Both the position numbers and the translations under genes were made by a program. The notes below the pieces were generated by a model, which made no database searches, was not told where the DNA came from, and was given only the letters and a program-made list of their open reading frames with translations. DNA of 64,000 nucleotides from Arenicellales bacterium. Lineage in GTDB: Bacteria > Pseudomonadota > Gammaproteobacteria > Arenicellales > JAANXG01. Below, in pieces: positions 29,347 through 38,608 of the stretch (position 1 is its first letter; each line of letters starts with the position of its first letter). Where the stretch lies: NCBI GenBank assembly GCA_049583715.1, contig JBAUWJ010000135.1, positions 407 through 64,406 of the forward strand, in the 5' to 3' direction.

Positions 29347-30369
29347 CTACTTCATCTTCATGGCCATTTCCACGTATTCCGGATTCACGAACTTGCTGTA
29401 ATCAGGCATTACGGCCGGAATCTTCTTCTGGTCCTTCAGGAATTCCGACGTGAGATAGAGAGCCTTCGCGGCACCACTGTCCTTGCCGCCGCCGAGCCAT
29501 TTGTTCGAGGCCTCCTCCTTGAGGGTCGGAAAGCTGTACGCCGCCATCGCAGCAGGCACGTCCTTGGGGTCGCCGCCCGTCAACTTCGCGATCGACTTCA
29601 CCATCGGGGAATCCGGCGTCCAGGCTGATGGGTCTTTGCGATAGGCATTGTCTTCGTCGGCGATGATCTTCACGAATTTCGCCATGAAGTCCTTGTGCGC
29701 CTCGCCCCACTTGCGGTCCACGAGGACACCGTCGAAGGTGCACTTGCCCCAGTTGCAAAGCTGCCCGGAGCTGATCAGGACCTTGCCGGTCTGCTTGATG
29801 CGGGAAAGCGCGGGATCCCAGACGAACGCGCCGTCGATGTCACCGCGCTGCCAGGCGGCAGCGATCGCCTGAGGCTGCATGTTCAGGACCGTTACCTCGT
29901 CCGGTTTGATCCCGAACTGCTCGAGTGCGAACAGGAGCTGGTAGTGACTGGTGGAAACGAACGGCGTAGCCAGCTTCTTCCCCTTCAAATCCTGCGGAGC
30001 TTTGATGCCGGAACCGTTGCGCACGACGAGCTCTTCGGCCGAGGCGATGTCCTCGAGTATCCAGAAAAGCTGCGCATCGATGCCACGGCTCAGGCCGGCC
30101 GCGATCGGGCTGGAGCCCGCGACCGCAATCTGAAGGTCACCGGAAGCCATGGCGTTGATGACCTGCGCCCCCGAGTCGAAGCGACTCCACTTGATCTTGT
30201 AGCCGGTTTCCTTCTCGAACTTGCCCGCCCCGATGGCGGCCTTCCAGGGATTGAGCATCAATTGATGGGCTATGGCCACCTCCTGCGCCTGACTCACGCC
30301 GATGCTAACGAGCATCAGCGCGAGTGGCAACACGAGAACGCGACCGATGAGAACGACGAACTTCTTCAT
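29347..30369 (-). CDS. tauA: Taurine ABC transporter periplasmic binding protein
   Basis: Signal peptide [64 protein letters not shown] and [19 protein letters not shown] parallel E. coli TauA as I recall it. Start taken at ATG 30369. Confidence 0.9.
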   Translation of the reverse strand: MKKFVVLIGRVLVLPLALMLVSIGVSQAQEVAIAHQLMLNPWKAAIGAGKFEKETGYKIKWSRFDSGAQVINAMASGDLQIAVAGSSPIAAGLSRGIDAQLFWILEDIASAEELVVRNGSGIKAPQDLKGKKLATPFVSTSHYQLLFALEQFGIKPDEVTVLNMQPQAIAAAWQRGDIDGAFVWDPALSRIKQTGKVLISSGQLCNWGKCTFDGVLVDRKWGEAHKDFMAKFVKIIADEDNAYRKDPSAWTPDSPMVKSIAKLTGGDPKDVPAAMAAYSFPTLKEEASNKWLGGGKDSGAAKALYLTSEFLKDQKKIPAVMPDYSKFVNPEYVEMAMKMK

Positions 30370-30422
30370 AGTATCCTCCTTACGGTGGTGTAACACGCTG
30401 TCAGTATGAGGCATGGGCCTTA

Positions 30423-31772
30423 TCAGGCACCACTCGCGCGTTTGACGTCGACGGCCTGGGGTGAATACACCTTCAGCACGTCGCGCAGTATAGCGCAGAT
30501 TTCCTCGATGTGGCTCTCCTTCGCAACCAGGGGTGGTGCGATGATCCCTGCGTCGCCCGTGGTCTTGATGTGCAAACCGGCTTCGAACAAGCGCTTTTGC
30601 ACCTCGAGACCGCGCGCCCCCGGTCGCTCTCCCGGGGCGAGATCGAAGCCGGCGATCATGCCGTAGCCCCGTATGTCCGTGATGACGGGAAGATCGCTCA
30701 GAGCGAATACGGCTTCGAGAAACTGCGGTGACATGCCGGCGGCGCGATCGAACAGCTCCTCCTGCTCGTAGATATCGAGCGTTGCCAGCGCGGCAGCGCA
30801 CGCCACCGGATGCGCCGAGTAGGTATAACCGTGAAAAAGCTCGATCGAATCGGCGGGGGCGGCGCGCATGATCGTGTCGTAAATAGTCCTGCTCGCCGCT
30901 ACGGCACCCATGGGTATCGCGCCGTTCGTCATCGCCTTGGCCATCGTGATCATGTCGGGCGTCACGTCGAAGCTCTGCGCTCCGAAGGCCTTGCCCGTGC
31001 GACCGAAACCGCAGATCACTTCATCGAACACCAGAAGAATGCCGTTGGCGTCGCAGATCTCGCGCAAGCGCTGCAGATAGCCCTTCGGGGGCACCAGAAT
31101 ACCCGTGGAGCCGGCGATCGGCTCGACGAAGCAGGCGGCGATCGTGTCCGCGCCATACAGGTCGACGATGCGCTTCAGGTCCTCCGCAAGGTCGGCACCC
31201 GCATCCGGTTCGCCTTTGCTGAAGCGGTTCTCAGGCAGCCAGGTATGACGCATGTGCACCACACCCGCGAGGCCGGCACCGAACGCGTCGCGATTCTTCA
31301 TCAAGCCGCTCAAGGAGGTGCCGCCGATGTTGACTCCGTGATAGGCGCGTTCGCGTGACACGAACCGCATACGCTGCCCCTCTCCTCGTGCCCGGTGATA
31401 GGCAAGCGCAATCTTGAGCGCCGTATCCACGGCTTCGGAACCGGAGTTGCCGAAAAAGACATAGTCGAGATCACCGGGGGTGAGCGCGGCGATACGCTGT
31501 GCGAGCTCGAAGGAGAGGGGTTGCCCCGTCTGGAACGGAGCGCAGTAATCGAGCCCCGAAAGCTGCTTGGCGACCGCGTCCGTGATTTCCCGCCGGCCGT
31601 GCCCCGCAGCGCAGCAAAACAGCCCCGACGATCCGTCGATGATGCGCTTCCCTTGCCGGCTCCAGTAGTGCAGGCCCTCGGCGCGAACGAAAAGACGCGG
31701 GTGCGCCTTGAAGTCGCGATTCGCGGTGAACGGCATCCAGTGGTGTTCGAGGGACTCCCCAGCAGGTTTCAT
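30423..31772 (-). CDS. tpa: Class-III omega-aminotransferase; by context taurine:pyruvate aminotransferase
   Basis: FGNSGSEAVDTALK, FDEVICGFGRTG and TMAKAMTNG (PLP Lys). Sits upstream of tauABC and runs divergently from a MocR-type regulator. Substrate is inferred from context only. Confidence 0.75.
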   Translation of the reverse strand: MKPAGESLEHHWMPFTANRDFKAHPRLFVRAEGLHYWSRQGKRIIDGSSGLFCCAAGHGRREITDAVAKQLSGLDYCAPFQTGQPLSFELAQRIAALTPGDLDYVFFGNSGSEAVDTALKIALAYHRARGEGQRMRFVSRERAYHGVNIGGTSLSGLMKNRDAFGAGLAGVVHMRHTWLPENRFSKGEPDAGADLAEDLKRIVDLYGADTIAACFVEPIAGSTGILVPPKGYLQRLREICDANGILLVFDEVICGFGRTGKAFGAQSFDVTPDMITMAKAMTNGAIPMGAVAASRTIYDTIMRAAPADSIELFHGYTYSAHPVACAAALATLDIYEQEELFDRAAGMSPQFLEAVFALSDLPVITDIRGYGMIAGFDLAPGERPGARGLEVQKRLFEAGLHIKTTGDAGIIAPPLVAKESHIEEICAILRDVLKVYSPQAVDVKRASGA

Positions 31773-31871
31773 GCAGGCTTTCCGGGTGTCTGAACCTGGT
31801 ACCGGGTTTATGCTAGACTGGGGTCGCTGGGCACGGTAGAGCCAGTTACCCACCCCCGATTAGACCAGTAG
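31773..31871. promoter_or_regulatory. Divergent tpa / tauR control region with repeated TAGA..C(C/T)(A/G)G motifs and a near-palindrome
   Basis: TAGACTGG (31814), TAGAGCCAG (31837) and TAGACCAG (31861) are spaced 23-24 bp apart. AACCTGGTACCGGGTT (31793-31808) is 14/16 palindromic. Confidence 0.3.
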
Positions 31872-33377
31872 ATGCGGGACCAACTCCTTCACCTGTCTTC
31901 GGGCAGCCATGCCAACCTGCAGGGCCAGATTCGCGAGATGCTGGTTTCGGCCATACTCGATGGCCACATCCCGGCCGGTAACGTCCTGCCCTCCTGCCGC
32001 AAGTTGGCCCTGCAGCTCGGAGTAGCGCGCAACACGGTCGTGCTGGCCTACCAGCAGCTCGTGGAAGAGGGCTACCTGATCGCCCGAGAGCGCAGCGGCT
32101 ACTACGTCAACAAAGACATTCTTGCCGGCCGCGTCGACCGAGAACAACACGCCGCCGCGCATTGCAAGACCGAGCTGAAGTGGGGCAAGCGGCTGAAGCT
32201 CGAGCCTTCCGCGCAGCGCAACATCGTCAAGCCCCGCGACTGGCAGAAATATCCCTATCCCTTCATCTACGGGCAGTTCGATCCGGCTCTCTTTCCGGTC
32301 TCCGACTGGCGCGAATGTGCGCGGGAAGCGCTCAGCATTGCGGCGATCCGGGAATGGGCGCGCGACAGCGTCGACAGCGACGATCCGCTGCTCATCGAGC
32401 AGATCCGCACGCGTGTGCTCCCCCGCCGGGGGGTGTGGGCCTCGCCGGAGGAGATACTGGTCACGGTGGGCGCGCAACAAGCGCTCTACATCATCGCGAG
32501 CCTTCTGATCGACGCGCATACGGTCGTCGGGGTGGAAGAGCCGGGCTACCCGGACGCACGCAACATACTTGCCAGTCGCCGCTGCGCACTGGTGCCGTTG
32601 CCGCTCGATGACATGGGCCTGGTCGTCGACGAACGCCTGCGCGCATGCGAGTACGTCTACGTCACACCGAGCCACCAGTCGCCGACGACCCTGACCATGC
32701 CGCTGGCCCGGCGCCGGCAGCTCCTGGCACAGGCGGCCGATACCGACCTCGTCGTCATCGAGGACGACTACGAAAGCGAAACCAACTATCTCGGCGAGCC
32801 CACGCTGGCCCTGAAGGGTCTCGATGTCGACGGCCGTGTGATCTACGTGGGCAGCCTTTCCAAGACGCTCGCGCCCGGCCTGCGCCTGGGCTACCTGGTG
32901 GCGGCGCCGGAGCTCGTGCGCGAGGCGCGCGCCCTGCGCCGGCTGATACTTCGCCACCCCCCCGCCAACAATCAACGCGCGGTGGCGCTGTTTCTCGCGC
33001 GCGGACACCACGACTCGCTGGTGCGCCGGCTGAGCCATGCCTACAAGGACCGCTGGCAGGCGATGGGCGACGCACTTTCGCACTACCTGCCCGATTCGGC
33101 GCGCGTGCCCACCTTCGGCGGCACGTCCTTCTGGGTCAAGGGTCCCGGGCACCTCGATGCGCGGGAGCTGCAACGCCGAGCGCTCGAGCACGGCATCCTT
33201 CTGGAAGCGGGTGAGGTGCACTTCATGGCCGAGCACCCCCCGCTGAACTGTTTTCGCTTGGGCTTTTCATCCATAGCCGTCGATCGCATCGAGCCCGGGG
33301 TACGCAAGCTTGCCGCGCTCGTGCACGAGCTCGCGGATGAGAGCCGCCTGCACGCTGGCGCAGACAAAAGCCCGTGA
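31872..33377 (+). CDS. tauR: MocR-subfamily GntR regulator (wHTH + aminotransferase-fold domain); likely TauR
   Basis: N-terminal wHTH LPSCRKLALQLGVARNTVVLAYQQLVEEGYL. C-terminal fold-type-I domain with YVGSLSKTLAPGLRLGY. Located between tpa and xsc. Confidence 0.8.
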   Translation: MRDQLLHLSSGSHANLQGQIREMLVSAILDGHIPAGNVLPSCRKLALQLGVARNTVVLAYQQLVEEGYLIARERSGYYVNKDILAGRVDREQHAAAHCKTELKWGKRLKLEPSAQRNIVKPRDWQKYPYPFIYGQFDPALFPVSDWRECAREALSIAAIREWARDSVDSDDPLLIEQIRTRVLPRRGVWASPEEILVTVGAQQALYIIASLLIDAHTVVGVEEPGYPDARNILASRRCALVPLPLDDMGLVVDERLRACEYVYVTPSHQSPTTLTMPLARRRQLLAQAADTDLVVIEDDYESETNYLGEPTLALKGLDVDGRVIYVGSLSKTLAPGLRLGYLVAAPELVREARALRRLILRHPPANNQRAVALFLARGHHDSLVRRLSHAYKDRWQAMGDALSHYLPDSARVPTFGGTSFWVKGPGHLDARELQRRALEHGILLEAGEVHFMAEHPPLNCFRLGFSSIAVDRIEPGVRKLAALVHELADESRLHAGADKSP

Positions 33378-33479
33378 CTGGCCCTACCCCGCCGGCGGAC
33401 CGGAGCCTAGATTAATCAGCGTCGGAGAGCCGCCGGTTGACGTTGGCACAAGTTTAATTGCAGCGGAGGAACCCAAATC

Positions 33480-35234
33480 ATGGCACGCATGACTCCAAGT
33501 GAAGCTTTCGTCGAAACCCTGGCCGCGCACGGCGTAGCGAACGTGTTCGGCATCGTCGGCTCCGCCTACATGGATGCACTCGATCTCTTCCCCGCGGCCG
33601 GCATCCGCTTCATTCCGACCGTCCACGAGCAGGGCGCCGCGCACATGGCGGACGGCTACGCGCGCGTGAGCGGCCGCCACGGGGTATGCATCGGCCAGAA
33701 CGGACCCGGCATCACCAATTTCGTCACGGCGATCGCCGCCGCCTACTGGGCGCACAGCCCGGTGCTCGCCGTCACGCCGGAGACCGGCTCCACCACCATC
33801 GGCCTCGGCGGCTTCCAGGAAACCGAGCAGATGCCGATCTTCTCGAAGATCACCAAGTACCAGGGGCACGTCAACGGCCCCGGCCGCATGGCGGAGCTCA
33901 CCGGCCGCTGCCTGGACATGGCGCTCGCCGAGCGCGGACCCACGCAGCTCAATATTCCGCGAGACTTCTTCTACGGCGAGATCGACACTGCCATCCCCGA
34001 GCCCCGCAATATCGAGCGCGGCGCCGGGGGCGAGCGCAGCCTGTCCGAAGCGGTGGAGCTGCTCGCGAGCGCCCGGTTCCCGGTCATCGTCTCCGGGGGC
34101 GGTGTCATCATGGCCGACGGCATGGCGCAGTGCGTCGCCCTCGCCGAGCGCCTGAGCGCGCCGGTGGTGAACAGCTATCTGCATAACGACTCCTTCCCGG
34201 CAAACCATCCCTTGTGGTGCGGTCCGCTCGGCTACCAGGGCTCGAAGGCGGGCATGAAGCTGATCCAGCAGGCTGATGTGGTGCTCGCGCTCGGCACGCG
34301 CCTGGGACCTTTCGGCACGCTGCCGCAGTACGGCATCGACTACTGGCCGGAGGAGGCGAAAATCATCCAGGTCGATGCCGACCACAAGATGCTCGGCCTG
34401 GTGAAGCCGATCGCGGTCGGCATCTGGGGCGATGCCAAGGCCGCAGCGGCGGCCATCCTCGAACGCCTCGAGGGCAGGCAGCTCGCATGCCGGCAAAACA
34501 AGGACGAGCGCATGGCCGAGATCACACACCGGAAAGAAGCCTGGGAATCGGAGCTCGACGGCTGGACCCAGGAGACTGATGAATGGAGCCGGCAGGTGAG
34601 CCGGGAGGACGCCGGATTCCTGCACCCACGCCAGGTGCTGCGCGAGCTGGAGCAGGCGATGCCGGACGACGCCATGGTCTCGACCGACATCGGCAACATC
34701 TGCTCGGTGTCGAACAGTTATCTGCGCTTCAACCAGCCCAACAGCTTCTTCGCCGCGATGAGCTTCGGCAACTGCGGCTACGCCTTTCCGACGATCGTCG
34801 GCGCCAAGGTTGCCGCACCCGACCGGCCCGCCGTCGCCTATGTCGGTGACGGTGCCTGGGCCATGAGCATGGGCGAGATCCTCACCTGCGTGCGCGAGCG
34901 CATCCCCGTCACTCCGGTGGTGTTCAACAACAGGCAATGGGGCGCGGAGAAGAAGAACCAGGTGGACTTCTACGCCCGGCGCTTCGAAGGGGTGAACCTG
35001 GAGAATCCGAGCTTTGCACAGATCGGCATCGCGATGGGCGCACAAGGTGTCGTCCTGGACAAGATCGAGGATATCGGCCCTGCACTGCGCAAGGCCTGCG
35101 AGGACCAGCGCGCGGGTAAGACCACGATTCTCGAAGTCATGTGCACCCGTGAGCTCGGCGATCCGTTCCGCCGCGACGCGCTCAAGAAGCCGGTGCGCCT
35201 GCTGGACAAGTACAAGGCTTACACCGTCAACTGA
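33480..35234 (+). CDS. xsc: Sulfoacetaldehyde acetyltransferase (ThDP-dependent)
   Basis: N-terminus MTPSEAFVETLAAHGVANVFGIVGSAYMDALDLFPAAGIRFI...GQNGPGITNFVTAIAAAYWAHSPVL...GGFQETEQM...QLNIPRDF follows Xsc rather than generic acetolactate synthase. ThDP motif GDGAWAMSMGEILTCVRERIPVTPVVFNN. GGAGGA RBS. Confidence 0.9.
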   Translation: MARMTPSEAFVETLAAHGVANVFGIVGSAYMDALDLFPAAGIRFIPTVHEQGAAHMADGYARVSGRHGVCIGQNGPGITNFVTAIAAAYWAHSPVLAVTPETGSTTIGLGGFQETEQMPIFSKITKYQGHVNGPGRMAELTGRCLDMALAERGPTQLNIPRDFFYGEIDTAIPEPRNIERGAGGERSLSEAVELLASARFPVIVSGGGVIMADGMAQCVALAERLSAPVVNSYLHNDSFPANHPLWCGPLGYQGSKAGMKLIQQADVVLALGTRLGPFGTLPQYGIDYWPEEAKIIQVDADHKMLGLVKPIAVGIWGDAKAAAAAILERLEGRQLACRQNKDERMAEITHRKEAWESELDGWTQETDEWSRQVSREDAGFLHPRQVLRELEQAMPDDAMVSTDIGNICSVSNSYLRFNQPNSFFAAMSFGNCGYAFPTIVGAKVAAPDRPAVAYVGDGAWAMSMGEILTCVRERIPVTPVVFNNRQWGAEKKNQVDFYARRFEGVNLENPSFAQIGIAMGAQGVVLDKIEDIGPALRKACEDQRAGKTTILEVMCTRELGDPFRRDALKKPVRLLDKYKAYTVN

Positions 35235-35246
35235 CAACGTGGTTCT

Positions 35247-35290
35247 GCCCGGGGCACCTCGAGCTCAAAGGTGCCCCGGGCATTGTTCGT
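35247..35290 (+). terminator. Probable intrinsic terminator of xsc
   Basis: Perfect 12-bp stem GCCCGGGGCACC (35247-35258) / GGTGCCCCGGGC (35270-35281) with an 11-nt loop, followed by ATTGTTCGTTC. Starts 13 nt after the stop codon. Confidence 0.65.
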
Positions 35291-35347
35291 TCTACAAGTA
35301 TCTTCCGCGCCTTCGAACCTGGACCAGGGATGCGATGGATTTGCGGT

Positions 35348-35501
35348 CTCGCCAAGACGCCAAGCACGCCAAGAAGTTTTTTCCGCCTTTTCCTCGAAAC
35401 GACAGACGCTTCGAATCATCGCGGAACGTCGTGATCATGAGCCGCTCGCCGGGATTGTCTTGCCCCTCCACGCCCCTTGGCGTGCTTGGCGCCTTGGCGA
35501 G
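35348..35501. repeat. MITE/REP-like element with 26-bp inverted repeats (CTCGCCAAGACGCCAAGCACGCCAAG)
   Basis: Left arm 35348-35373 and right arm 35476-35501 match 25/26 as reverse complements, separated by 102 bp. Intergenic. Confidence 0.6.
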
Positions 35502-35533
35502 AAGAATATCTATTCCTTGAGTTGTCCACGAGA

Positions 35534-37138
35534 TCATGCGCTCGCGTCCGCCTTGATCATGTCGGCGGCTTTCTCCGCGATCATCACCACGGGCGCGTGG
35601 GTGTTGCCGGAGGTGATGGTGGGCATGATGGAGCAGTCGACGACCCGCAGCGCTTCCAGGCCATACACCCGCAGGCGCTCATCGACCACGGCCATCGCAT
35701 CCGATCCCATCTTGCAGGTGCCGGCCGGGTGGAAGATGGTGACGCCGGTAGCGCGAGCGGACTCGAGCAGCTCGTCATCCGAGCGTACGCCAGCACCCGG
35801 AAGATACTCGTCGACGATGTAACCCTTCAGCGCCGGGGAGCTCGCGACCCGGCGCGCGAGCCGAAGCGCCGCGACCGCGGTCTCGCGGTCGAGCTCCGCC
35901 GAAAGATAGCCGGGCTCGATCGCCGGCGCGGCCACCGGATCGCGCGTCTTGATCATGACCCGCCCGCGGCTCTCGGGCCTGAGCTGGCAGACCGAGGTGG
36001 TGAAGCCCGGGAAGTCGTGCAGCGGCGCGCCCGGCAGGTCCGAGGACAGCGCGCCGAAGTGGAACTGGATGTCCGGCCTCGCAAGTCCGGGATGCGTACG
36101 CGCGAACGCACCTGCCTGGTTGATGCCGATCGCGAGCGGCCCCCTGCGGAACAGGACGTACTTCAGGCCCATGCCGAGCTTGCGCCGGAGGCTCCGCAGA
36201 TCATCATTGGTGGTGATCGGCTTCGCACAGCGGTGGATCAACCGGACCTGCAGATGATCCTGCAGGTTCCGGCCGACGCCGGGAAGATGATGCACCGGCG
36301 TTATCCCCCGGCTTCGCAGGGAATCCGCGTCGCCCACGCCGGAGAGCTGCAGGAGCTGCGGCGACTGGATGGCCCCGGCGCACAGTACGACCTCGCGCCG
36401 CGCCTGCGCTTCGCAGTCCCGTCCGTGCCGCCGGTAGGCGACGCCGTGTGCACGCACTCCCGTGAACAGGAGGCCGGTCGCGAGCGCGTTCGTCTCGACC
36501 CGAAGGTTCGGCCGTTTGCGCGCGGGCCGGAGGTAGGCCACGGCGGTACTGCAGCGCCTGCCGCGCCAGGTGTTGAGCTGAAAGCAGCCGGCGCCTTCCT
36601 GCGCCGGACCGTTGAAATCGTCGTTGCGCGGGATGCCCGCCTGCTCGCAGGCGGCGATGAACGCCCCGGCGAGCTCGTGGGGCTCGCCGATGTCCGACAC
36701 GCCGAGCTCTCCGTCCGCACCATGGAGCGCGCTCGCGCCGCGCTGGTTTCGCTCCGCTTTGGTGAAATAAGGCAGCACGTCCTTCCAGCCCCAGCCGTCA
36801 TTGCCGAGGTGCTCCCAGTGATCATAGTCCTCGGGCTGCCCGCGTATGTAGATCAGACCGTTGATCGAGCTCGAGCCGCCCAGCACCTTGCCCCGCGGCC
36901 AGTAAATCCTGCGATTGTTCATGCCCGGATCGGCTTCGGTATAGAAGCACCAGTTGTACTTCCCGTTGAACATGGTCCGGGCGTAGCCGATGGGGATGTG
37001 GATCCACGGATAGGTGTCCGGCGGGCCCGCTTCGAGCAGGAGAACACTGTCGCGGCCGCTCGCGCTCAGGCGGTTCGCCAGCACGCAGCCGGCCGAGCCG
37101 GCGCCCACGATGATGTAATCGAAAATCGACGTGGTCAT
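35534..37138 (-). CDS. GMC-family FAD oxidoreductase (choline/alcohol dehydrogenase-like)
   Basis: FDYIIVGAGSAGCVLANRLS, GKVLGGSSSINGLIYIRG and C-terminal HPAGTCKMG. Start taken at ATG 37138. Confidence 0.9.
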   Translation of the reverse strand: MTTSIFDYIIVGAGSAGCVLANRLSASGRDSVLLLEAGPPDTYPWIHIPIGYARTMFNGKYNWCFYTEADPGMNNRRIYWPRGKVLGGSSSINGLIYIRGQPEDYDHWEHLGNDGWGWKDVLPYFTKAERNQRGASALHGADGELGVSDIGEPHELAGAFIAACEQAGIPRNDDFNGPAQEGAGCFQLNTWRGRRCSTAVAYLRPARKRPNLRVETNALATGLLFTGVRAHGVAYRRHGRDCEAQARREVVLCAGAIQSPQLLQLSGVGDADSLRSRGITPVHHLPGVGRNLQDHLQVRLIHRCAKPITTNDDLRSLRRKLGMGLKYVLFRRGPLAIGINQAGAFARTHPGLARPDIQFHFGALSSDLPGAPLHDFPGFTTSVCQLRPESRGRVMIKTRDPVAAPAIEPGYLSAELDRETAVAALRLARRVASSPALKGYIVDEYLPGAGVRSDDELLESARATGVTIFHPAGTCKMGSDAMAVVDERLRVYGLEALRVVDCSIMPTITSGNTHAPVVMIAEKAADMIKADASA

Positions 37139-37211
37139 GGAGCACATTGTTCCCGCGCGAGGTGGCACGACTCCGCCGAGTCTCATGCCCGCTGCCCGCA
37201 TTGGAACGGCA

Positions 37212-37700
37212 TCAAGGCGCCGTCAGCTTCTTCTCCCAGAACAGCGCCTTGCCGGACGTCGGGTCCAGCTCGTAGCCGGCGAACCCCACGGCCCGGTACG
37301 CGGCCTGGGCGACGGTATTGCCTTCGAGCACTTCCAGGGTCAGCTTGCAGCACCCGAGCTCCCGCGCGATCGCTTCGGCTCTCTCCAGCATCCGCCGGGA
37401 GACCCCCTTGCCGCGGTGGCGTGCCGAGACCACCACATCGTGGATGTTCAGCAGCGGCCGGCAGGCAAAGGTCGAGAAGCCCTCGAAGCAGACCGCCAGG
37501 CCCGCGGCCTCACCGTCCACGAGTCCGATGATGACGTGGGCCGTCTCCCGTTTGCGGAGCTCGACGACCAGGTTCCTCCGCACGTGGCCCGGGAGGGCCT
37601 TGCCGCCGCCCATCGGATCGCGGGCATATTCATCCATCAGTCGCACAACGATATCGGCGTGCCCGGCTTGCGAGAGATCGGCGTCGATCACCTCGATCAT
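37212..37700 (-). CDS. GNAT-family N-acetyltransferase
   Basis: Acetyl-CoA-binding segment VVVSARHRGKGVSRRMLERAEAIA. 162 aa. The start forms an ATGA overlap with the upstream gene's stop. Confidence 0.85.
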   Translation of the reverse strand: MIEVIDADLSQAGHADIVVRLMDEYARDPMGGGKALPGHVRRNLVVELRKRETAHVIIGLVDGEAAGLAVCFEGFSTFACRPLLNIHDVVVSARHRGKGVSRRMLERAEAIARELGCCKLTLEVLEGNTVAQAAYRAVGFAGYELDPTSGKALFWEKKLTAP

Positions 37701-38371
37701 GCGGCACCGGTATCCGGAAGCAGATCCGTGAAGACGAAGCCGTCGCGGGAAACCGTCTCCCCCACGGTGAGCCTCACGGGCTCCGCGAACATCGGCCCGT
37801 CGAAAGCGAAGCTGTGGAACTCGCCGTTCTCGCCGCAGGGATCGACACCTGCCGGCAGATCCTCGACGAACGATGCATCGTATTCGCGGCCGGCGAATTC
37901 GGCCCCAAGCTGCTTCGGGTCGACGCAGGTGATCCTCGCTCGCAGACCGCCGTCGACCATCTCCCGCGCGAGCTCCGCCGTCGGCATGCCCCAGATGGGG
38001 AAGACGGGGGCAATTCCCGTGTTCCGCAGGTTGTCCTCCCGGTATCGCCTGATATCCTCGAGGAACAGATCACCGAAGGCGAAGGACTCGACGCCTTGCC
38101 GCCGCGCCAGCCGGACGAAGTCCGTCATGATCGCTTCATACTCCGCGTTGCTGCAGGGACTCGGAATCGGAATGAGCTGAATCGGGAGTCCCAGGCACTC
38201 CGCCTGCCGCAGCAGCAGCTCGACCCTCACCGCGTGCATCGCCACGCGTTCGAACTCTTCATTGATGGTCGAGAAAAGCCCGACCACGTCAACGCCGCTT
38301 TGCCCGCGCAGGACCTGGAGCGCCCAGGCGCTGTCCTTTCCGCTGCTCCACGACAGCAATGTCTTTCTCAT
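37697..38371 (-). CDS. DUF71 / MJ0570-type (Dph6-related) N-type ATP pyrophosphatase
   Basis: PP-loop LSWSSGKDS at the N-terminus. ...FGDLFLEDIRRYRE... and C-terminal GENGEFHSF, typical of the diphthamide-synthase-like family. Confidence 0.8.
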   Translation of the reverse strand: MRKTLLSWSSGKDSAWALQVLRGQSGVDVVGLFSTINEEFERVAMHAVRVELLLRQAECLGLPIQLIPIPSPCSNAEYEAIMTDFVRLARRQGVESFAFGDLFLEDIRRYREDNLRNTGIAPVFPIWGMPTAELAREMVDGGLRARITCVDPKQLGAEFAGREYDASFVEDLPAGVDPCGENGEFHSFAFDGPMFAEPVRLTVGETVSRDGFVFTDLLPDTGAA

Positions 38372-38608
38372 CTGATCAGTCTTCCGGCGTGTGGCAGACG
38401 GCTTCGAGGTTGTGGCCGTCGGGCCCGATGACGAAGGCCGGGTCGATCACCGCCATACCCATGTGGTCGAATATCATCAATGGTCTCCCAGGGCCGGGAA
38501 AGTCCACCGTGCGGGATCACGTCCGGCAGCCTCCGCAGCGCAGGAGGCGATTATAGCGAGAGAGGCGAGCCAATACGCGGCCGGGACGAATGCGGATTCA
38601 TTTTCATA

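Noticed and set aside
33439-33460. Sigma-54-like promoter TGGCAC...TTGC upstream of xsc
   Set aside because: The GG-to-GC spacing is 3 nt longer than the invariant -24/-12 spacing. No enhancer-binding protein is encoded nearby.
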